Below, piece by piece: positions 58,583 through 64,000 of a stretch of 64,000 nt of DNA. The stretch spans positions 32,001 to 96,000 of the forward strand of contig CAWFAD010000008.1 of assembly GCA_963813815.1 (NCBI GenBank). The letters run 5' to 3'. Under the pieces are notes generated by a model. It was not told the origin of the DNA, did no database searches, and saw only the letters and a program-made list of their open reading frames with translations. The position numbers and the translations under genes are program-made. The DNA comes from an uncultured bacterium (GTDB lineage: Bacteria > Krumholzibacteriota > Krumholzibacteriia > Krumholzibacteriales > Krumholzibacteriaceae). Each line of letters begins with the position of its first letter. The first letter of the stretch is position 1.

Positions 58583-58755
58583 CGTTTCACCTCCCGAACG
58601 GGCGCCGCCGACCGGTCCCCGAGCGGCCCGTCCGGTCGAACCTTACTCTAACGGAAACCGTCAGTTATCGCAAAGAAAATGCGAAATTGACAATGGTCAC
58701 TTCGAATGCTATTTTCCACTTGATCGGGGATTTCAATAGGCCGCAAGGAGGAATC

Positions 58756-59373
58756 ATGGGCAGGATCAGAATCGGGGGGCTCCTCTTTTTTTTCATTGCC
58801 GCGGGAGCTTTCCTCGGGTGTTCCCAGGACGGCGATCTCGTCGTCGAGAACGATTGTAAAACCGATTTCGAGGGGTACGTCGACGGCCAGTACGTCGAGA
58901 TCGCGCCGGGCGAACAGGTTTCGATGAATATCTACATCGGAAGAACCGCCTTCGTGATCGGTCCGAACGACATCGACGTCGAGATATCGGGTTCCGCGTG
59001 GACCAAGAAAGCGTTCACGACGAGCGTCACCGTGGAGAGCGACGCAACGACCATCTATCCCATCGTCGACGACGTCTCCGCCATCTCGTTCCTGAACGCC
59101 CATAGCCTCCAGATCAACGAAATCAGCCTCAAGCCTTGCGACAGCCTCCAGTTCGGCGAAAGTTTGCTATCGAAGCTTCAGGTGCTCTCCCCCGGAACGG
59201 CGATGCTGATTCAGGTCGAGGAAAACTGCTGGGATATCCTCGTCAACTACGGCAGAGAGCAGTATCTCGATACGTTGTCAGTGCCGGTCGACAGCGTCGG
59301 CCAAGTGATTTCAATCGCGTGGGTTCCCGGATACGTGTATACGCCGGTTTCGCCCGCCCGGCTGCCTCGATAG
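58756..59373 (+). CDS. Hypothetical lipoprotein
   Basis: AAGGAGG RBS; FLGC lipobox; beta-rich. Confidence 0.75.
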   Translation: MGRIRIGGLLFFFIAAGAFLGCSQDGDLVVENDCKTDFEGYVDGQYVEIAPGEQVSMNIYIGRTAFVIGPNDIDVEISGSAWTKKAFTTSVTVESDATTIYPIVDDVSAISFLNAHSLQINEISLKPCDSLQFGESLLSKLQVLSPGTAMLIQVEENCWDILVNYGREQYLDTLSVPVDSVGQVISIAWVPGYVYTPVSPARLPR

Positions 59374-59383
59374 GAGGAACGAC

Positions 59384-59974
59384 TTGAAGATCGCGAAGAC
59401 ACTCTCAATCGTCGTCGCCGGCGCCCTTCTCGGCGCGGCGCTTCCGGCGGTCGCGTTCACGCAGGCCCTGCAGAATCAGTACGTCGCCGATTTCGGCGTT
59501 GCCTTCACGCAGGCGACCGTCGAAAAGGCCCAGATGGGGCTCGCCGGAATCGACATCCAGGTCGGCAAGATGATCACGAACTCGCTCTCCGTCGGCGTCT
59601 CGACGGGATTCGACATCTGCTCCTTCCGGTCCGTCGAGTACCCGGGGGGGAGCTCCGTGTACGAGCGGCTCGGCGTCATCCCCGTCCTTCTCAAGACGCG
59701 CTACTATCTCACGGTCGCCCCCCTCATGCAGATCTACGCGTCCGTCGCGGGCGGGGCCTACCAGACCGTTCCGCATCTCAACACGACGCCCATCGGCGGC
59801 GTGTGGGAATCCGGCCTTCATCCGGGCGGCGCCGGCGCGGTCGGGTTCACGTACGATTTCCTCGGAACGCAGGGGATCGGCTTCGAGTTCGAGTACCACT
59901 TTTTCGACGTGGGCTCGGACGAGCTCTTCTCCTATTTCGCGGCGCGCATCAACTACACGTTCATCAAGATATAG
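59384..59974 (+). CDS. Outer membrane beta-barrel protein
   Basis: AGGAGG RBS with TTG start; signal peptide; alternating strands. Confidence 0.7.
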   Translation: MKIAKTLSIVVAGALLGAALPAVAFTQALQNQYVADFGVAFTQATVEKAQMGLAGIDIQVGKMITNSLSVGVSTGFDICSFRSVEYPGGSSVYERLGVIPVLLKTRYYLTVAPLMQIYASVAGGAYQTVPHLNTTPIGGVWESGLHPGGAGAVGFTYDFLGTQGIGFEFEYHFFDVGSDELFSYFAARINYTFIKI

Positions 59975-60001
59975 CGCCGCGCCGCAGGCCGAGCGGTCAC
60001 G

Positions 60002-60036
60002 TCCCCGCCCCCCCCCGAGGGGGGCGGGGATTTTTT
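60002..60036 (+). terminator. Intrinsic terminator
   Basis: TCCCCGCCCCCC...GGGGGGCGGGGA-TTTTTT. Confidence 0.85.
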
Positions 60037-60042
60037 GCGCCA

Positions 60043-61299
60043 TTAGGCCCGCCGGAGCCACTTCAGGATCTCGCGCACGTCGGGACGCTTTCCGTACATG
60101 AGAATGCCGATGCGGAATATCTTCGCGGCGAGAAGCCCCGAGCCGTAGATGCTCGCGACGAGGATCGCGACGCTGAGGGCGATCTGCCAGGCAGGCGGCA
60201 TCAGGATGTTGATCCGCATGAACATGAGGATCGGGGCGAAGAAGGGGATCATCGAGAAGATCGTGGCGAAGGATCCATCGGGATTCTGCATCACCGCCAT
60301 CGGGATCACGATGGTGAAGGCGAGGCACATCACGATCGGCGTCTGGAGCTGCTGCGCTTCCTGATCGCTGTTGCACACCGCGCCGACCGCCGCGAAGAGC
60401 GTCGCGTAGAAGAGAAAGCCGAGCAGATAGAAGAGCACGAAAAAGCCGAGGACCGCGGGGTTGAGGTTCACGACGCCGGCCAACGCCCCCGTGCTGAGGG
60501 CATAAGCGGACAGACCGAGCCCGCACACGGCCCAGATCGCGTACTGCGTGAGCCCGACGGCGCCGACGCCGACGATTTTCCCCGCCATGAGATCGAAGGC
60601 CTTGAGCGAGGAGAGGAGCACCTCGATCACGCGGTTGTTCTTTTCGTCGATGATGCTCCGCTGCACCGCCATGCCCCAGAGCAAAATCGTCATGTACAGC
60701 ATCATGATGAAGATGAAGGTCGTGATGTACGTCTTCTCGAACTCGTTCGCCTTCTCGGCCCCCTTCATCACCTGCACCGTTTCGATCTTCACGCGATCGA
60801 GCATCTCGCTCACCTGCGCGTAGTCGAGCCCCTGCGCCGAGAGGCGGCGGGCGACGATCGTCTCGTTGAGCCCGTTCTCGATCCGCTCGAGGGTGCGGAT
60901 GTTGCTCACCTTCTTGCCGAAGTAGGTCGCCTTTCCCGTTTCCATGACGTCAGAGGGAATGACGAGGTATCCCTCGATCGCCCCGGCCTCGACCTCGGCG
61001 CTGAGCCGCTTCCGAACGGCCTCGAGCTCGGCTCCGGACGCCGGCACGGATCTCAGCGAAAACATGCGGCCGCCCCCCGAGAGCGTGTCGTCGAGAGCCG
61101 CGTCGAACCGGTCGAAGAGCGACCCCGTGAGGTCGACCACGGCGAGGTCCACGCGGCCCTCCGGCGCGTGCTCGAAGAGAAGCCCGGGGATCACGATGGT
61201 GGCGCCCATGAGGAGAGGGCCGAGGATCGTGCCGATGAGGAACGAGCGCTTGCGCACGCGCTCGAGATATTCCCGTTTAGCGACTACCAGCAGCTTCAT
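60043..61299 (-). CDS. ABC-2 type transporter permease (NatB/YhaP-like)
   Basis: REYLERVRKRSF, EKNNRVIEVLLSS and GKIVG motifs. Confidence 0.9.
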   Translation of the reverse strand: MKLLVVAKREYLERVRKRSFLIGTILGPLLMGATIVIPGLLFEHAPEGRVDLAVVDLTGSLFDRFDAALDDTLSGGGRMFSLRSVPASGAELEAVRKRLSAEVEAGAIEGYLVIPSDVMETGKATYFGKKVSNIRTLERIENGLNETIVARRLSAQGLDYAQVSEMLDRVKIETVQVMKGAEKANEFEKTYITTFIFIMMLYMTILLWGMAVQRSIIDEKNNRVIEVLLSSLKAFDLMAGKIVGVGAVGLTQYAIWAVCGLGLSAYALSTGALAGVVNLNPAVLGFFVLFYLLGFLFYATLFAAVGAVCNSDQEAQQLQTPIVMCLAFTIVIPMAVMQNPDGSFATIFSMIPFFAPILMFMRINILMPPAWQIALSVAILVASIYGSGLLAAKIFRIGILMYGKRPDVREILKWLRRA

Positions 61300-62203
61300 C
61301 GCCCGCCTCGCCCCCTTTCGCCGTGACCTGAGCTATGAAGATGTCGTGGAGCGACATCTCCCCCAGCTCGAACCGCTCGACGCGGCCGCCCTCGAGGGCA
61401 TGCCGGAGCATCGCGTTCGTATCGCTCCCCGAGCGCAGGGTTATCGAATACTCCTGGCCGAACGTCCGCACGAGCTCGACGCCCGGGTGGCGTTCGAGAT
61501 GCTCCCGGGACCCCGAGTAGCGCATCGCGATGACGTTCTTGCTGAACCGCATCTTGATGTCGGAGAGGCGTCCTTCGAGCACCGTGCGGCCCTTGTCGAT
61601 GAGACAGATCCGGTCGCAGAGCTTCTCGACCTGATCCATGAGATGCGTCGAGAGTATGACCGTGCGCCCCTCGCGCCGCATCTCCTCGATGATGTCCTGG
61701 AGGAGCTGCGTGTTGATGGGGTCGAGGCCGGAAAAGGGCTCGTCGAGAATGACGAGCTTCGGATCGTGCAGGACGGTCGAGATGAACTGCACCTTCTGCG
61801 CCATCCCCTTCGAGAGCGACTCGACCGTCTTGTCGGCCCAGCCGCCGAGCTCGACGCGCTCGAGCCATCGCCGGGCCCGCTCCGCGGCCGTCGCCGCGCG
61901 CACTCCCTTGATCTCGCCGAGAAAGACGAGATGCTCGAGCACCTTCATCTTGCGGTAGAGGCCCCGCTCCTCGGGGAGGTAGCCGATGCGGTCCTTGAGC
62001 CGCTCGCCCATGGGCTCGCCGAACACGCGCACCTCCCCCTCGTCGGGCTGTATGATGCCCATGATCATGCGTATCGTCGTCGTCTTCCCGGCGCCGTTCG
62101 GGCCGAGGAGCCCGAAGATGCCGCCGGGCTCGACCGCGAGCGACAGGGAATCGACGGCGGTCACGCCGTCGTACCGTTTCGTGATGTTGACGAGCTCGAG
62201 CAC
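61277..62203 (-). CDS. ABC transporter ATP-binding protein (YhaQ-like)
   Basis: GPNGAGKTT, YLPEERGLY, LSKGM and LDEPFSGLDP motifs. Confidence 0.93.
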   Translation of the reverse strand: MLELVNITKRYDGVTAVDSLSLAVEPGGIFGLLGPNGAGKTTTIRMIMGIIQPDEGEVRVFGEPMGERLKDRIGYLPEERGLYRKMKVLEHLVFLGEIKGVRAATAAERARRWLERVELGGWADKTVESLSKGMAQKVQFISTVLHDPKLVILDEPFSGLDPINTQLLQDIIEEMRREGRTVILSTHLMDQVEKLCDRICLIDKGRTVLEGRLSDIKMRFSKNVIAMRYSGSREHLERHPGVELVRTFGQEYSITLRSGSDTNAMLRHALEGGRVERFELGEMSLHDIFIAQVTAKGGEAGDEAAGSR

Positions 62204-62215
62204 GCCCGTTCCTCC

Positions 62216-62821
62216 TTACGCCCAGCGGGACAGCAGATACTTCATTTCGACGAACGCCCGGTAGCGGTGGCTCACGGCGTTCTTCTCGGCCGGAGTCATC
62301 TCGGCGACGGTGCGGCCCGTCTCGGGCACGAGAAAAACGGGGTCGTACCCGAAGCCGCTCTCTCCCTTCGGCTCCCGCGCGATGCGGCCGTAGAGAAATC
62401 CCTCGGTCCAGAGCGCGCGGTCGCGGGCGAAGGGCGCCGGATAGAGAACGGCGACGCAGTGAAACCGCGCGCCGCGCCGCTCGTCGCTCACGCCAATGAG
62501 CTCGCCGAGGAGCCTTCGCCAGCGGTCCGCGTCGCCGATCCCGGGCCCCCCGTAGCGGGCCGAGCGGACGCCCGGAGCGCCGCCGAGCGCGTCCACCTCG
62601 ATCCCCGAATCGTCCGCGAGCGCGGGATACCCCGTCGCCGCGTGCACCGCCTTCGCCTTGGCGAGGGCGTTCGCGAGAAACGTCTCTCCGTCCTCGGCGG
62701 GCTCGGGGAAAGGCGGCGCGTCGCTCGCGTCGAGGAGCGCGGCGCCGAAGCCGGAGAGGATCTCCCGGATTTCGAGGATCTTGCCGGCGTTCCGCGTCGC
62801 GAGCATGATGTTCCCGATCAC
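62216..62821 (-). CDS. rdgB: Non-canonical purine NTP pyrophosphatase
   Basis: ATRNAGK, ADDSG, GFGYDP and SHR motifs. Confidence 0.95.
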   Translation of the reverse strand: MIGNIMLATRNAGKILEIREILSGFGAALLDASDAPPFPEPAEDGETFLANALAKAKAVHAATGYPALADDSGIEVDALGGAPGVRSARYGGPGIGDADRWRRLLGELIGVSDERRGARFHCVAVLYPAPFARDRALWTEGFLYGRIAREPKGESGFGYDPVFLVPETGRTVAEMTPAEKNAVSHRYRAFVEMKYLLSRWA

Positions 62822-63678
62822 TCGCCGCTCCCGTTCACGAGAACCGCCTCGAGATCGATCCGCTCGACGCGCTCCATCGGGCGCCGCAGGAAACGCTCGC
62901 CGACCTCCTGAAAGAGGTAGGGAATGTCCGTCACGTAGACCGTGATCCGGCCGGGGCGGGCGGCGTCGCTCCGGAGGCCCTTCGCTTCGAGCACGCGCTC
63001 CACCTCGACCGCGGTCTCGAACGCCGAGTCCACGAGCGCCACGCCGTCCCCGACGGCGCGGGAGATGACGCCCTTGATGACCGGATAGTGCGTGCAGCCG
63101 AGAACGAGCGCGTCGGCGCCGAACTCCCTCATCGGGTCGAGGTATCGCTTGGCCGTGAGATGGGTGATGTCGTCGTCGAGCCATCCCTCCTCGACGAGCG
63201 GCACGAAGAGGGGGCACGGCCGCGACCATATCTTGATGCCGCGGTCGATCCGGTAGAGCTCGTCCTCGTATCCTCCCGAACGGATCGTCGCGGTGGTGCC
63301 GATGACGCCGACGCGCCGGCTCTTCGTGGCCCGCGCGGCGGCCCGGGCTCCCGGCACGAGCACGCCGACGAGCGGCATCTCCTCCTCTTCGAGGAGGCGC
63401 GGAAGGGCGTTCGAGGAAGCGGTGTTGCAGGCGATCACGATCATCTTCACGTTCTTGCGCTTGAGAAACGCGAGGTTTTCCCGCGAGAAGCGGAGCACCG
63501 TTTCGGGGCTCTTCGAGCCGTAGGGGAGGCGCGCCGTATCGCCGAGATAGACGATATCCTCGTTCGGCAGGCGCATGAGCAGCTCGTGAACGACGGTGAG
63601 ACCGCCGATTCCGGAATCGAACACGCCGATCGCTTTGCGTTTCCCGTCGTCCGCGCGGGAAGCCCCCGTTCCGTTCAT
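62818..63678 (-). CDS. murI: Glutamate racemase
   Basis: FDSGIGGLTV, IACNTAS and LGCTHYP motifs. Confidence 0.97.
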   Translation of the reverse strand: MNGTGASRADDGKRKAIGVFDSGIGGLTVVHELLMRLPNEDIVYLGDTARLPYGSKSPETVLRFSRENLAFLKRKNVKMIVIACNTASSNALPRLLEEEEMPLVGVLVPGARAAARATKSRRVGVIGTTATIRSGGYEDELYRIDRGIKIWSRPCPLFVPLVEEGWLDDDITHLTAKRYLDPMREFGADALVLGCTHYPVIKGVISRAVGDGVALVDSAFETAVEVERVLEAKGLRSDAARPGRITVYVTDIPYLFQEVGERFLRRPMERVERIDLEAVLVNGSGE

Positions 63679-63679
63679 C

Positions 63680-64000
63680 CTACCGCCATTTCTTTACGTC
63701 GATCGGCTTGTCGATCGCGTAGTGCCCCGCGAGCGACTCCACGGTCTCGCCCTCGACGAGGATCTGAACCTTCGCCACCTGCGGAAAGTTGGCCGAGATC
63801 GTCTTGATGATCGAGCCGAGGGTGAAATACTCCCCCGTGCTCCCCCCCGGATGGTTGTCCGCGAAGGCGCGGTTGAAATCGAGCAGCAGCGTCTGCGTGT
63901 CCTCGACCCAGAACACCTGACGAAGATCCGATCCCTCCGGCATCGTGCCCACCTTGCCGGAGCCGGTCGAGCCCGCGACGAGCGCGCCGACGACCGCCTT
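63680..64000 (-). CDS. GerMN domain protein (partial, runs off window)
   Basis: LDFN...HPGGSTGE, VQILVEG and LAGH motifs; typical position upstream of murI. Confidence 0.8.
   Translation of the reverse strand, partial: KAVVGALVAGSTGSGKVGTMPEGSDLRQVFWVEDTQTLLLDFNRAFADNHPGGSTGEYFTLGSIIKTISANFPQVAKVQILVEGETVESLAGHYAIDKPIDVKKWR

Noticed and set aside
62216..63678. Absence of rph between murI and rdgB
   Set aside because: A common gene-order variant; the two genes overlap cleanly, so there is no sign of a recent deletion.

Overview
High-GC bacterial chromosomal window. A C-terminal FlgD-Ig-like sorting domain and a C-terminal SWGAIK motif suggest an FCB-superphylum candidate lineage such as Krumholzibacteriota/Latescibacterota; this is inference. 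Core content: tmRNA (7098-7455), tRNA-Pro(TGG), cobalamin riboswitch with btuB, a pho/pst locus with 11-bp-periodic PHO-box-like repeats, ychF, HU, murI/rdgB, glycosyltransferases and ABC transporter genes. Three things stand out. (1) Downstream of tmRNA lies a lower-GC array of short gene modules (7456-14967), all pointing toward tmRNA. They are separated by four direct copies of a 22-bp site ending in TCC(A/G)CCA like the tmRNA 3' end, and no recombinase was recognised in the window, so it looks like a tmRNA-anchored cassette-accretion system. (2) A membrane-anchored CxxC redoxin is followed by two tandem secreted peptides with the same 10-cysteine framework and then an outer-membrane protein (33293-35938). 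(3) A secreted serine protease is followed by a stand-alone copy of its own putative pro-domain. A second accessory block (about 17.9-26.2 kb) is a general-stress-type cluster ending in a 5'-truncated cyclic beta-glucan synthase fragment. Five genes are split by apparent single-base frameshifts, probably assembly errors. Product calls rest on motif recognition only; no searches were run.
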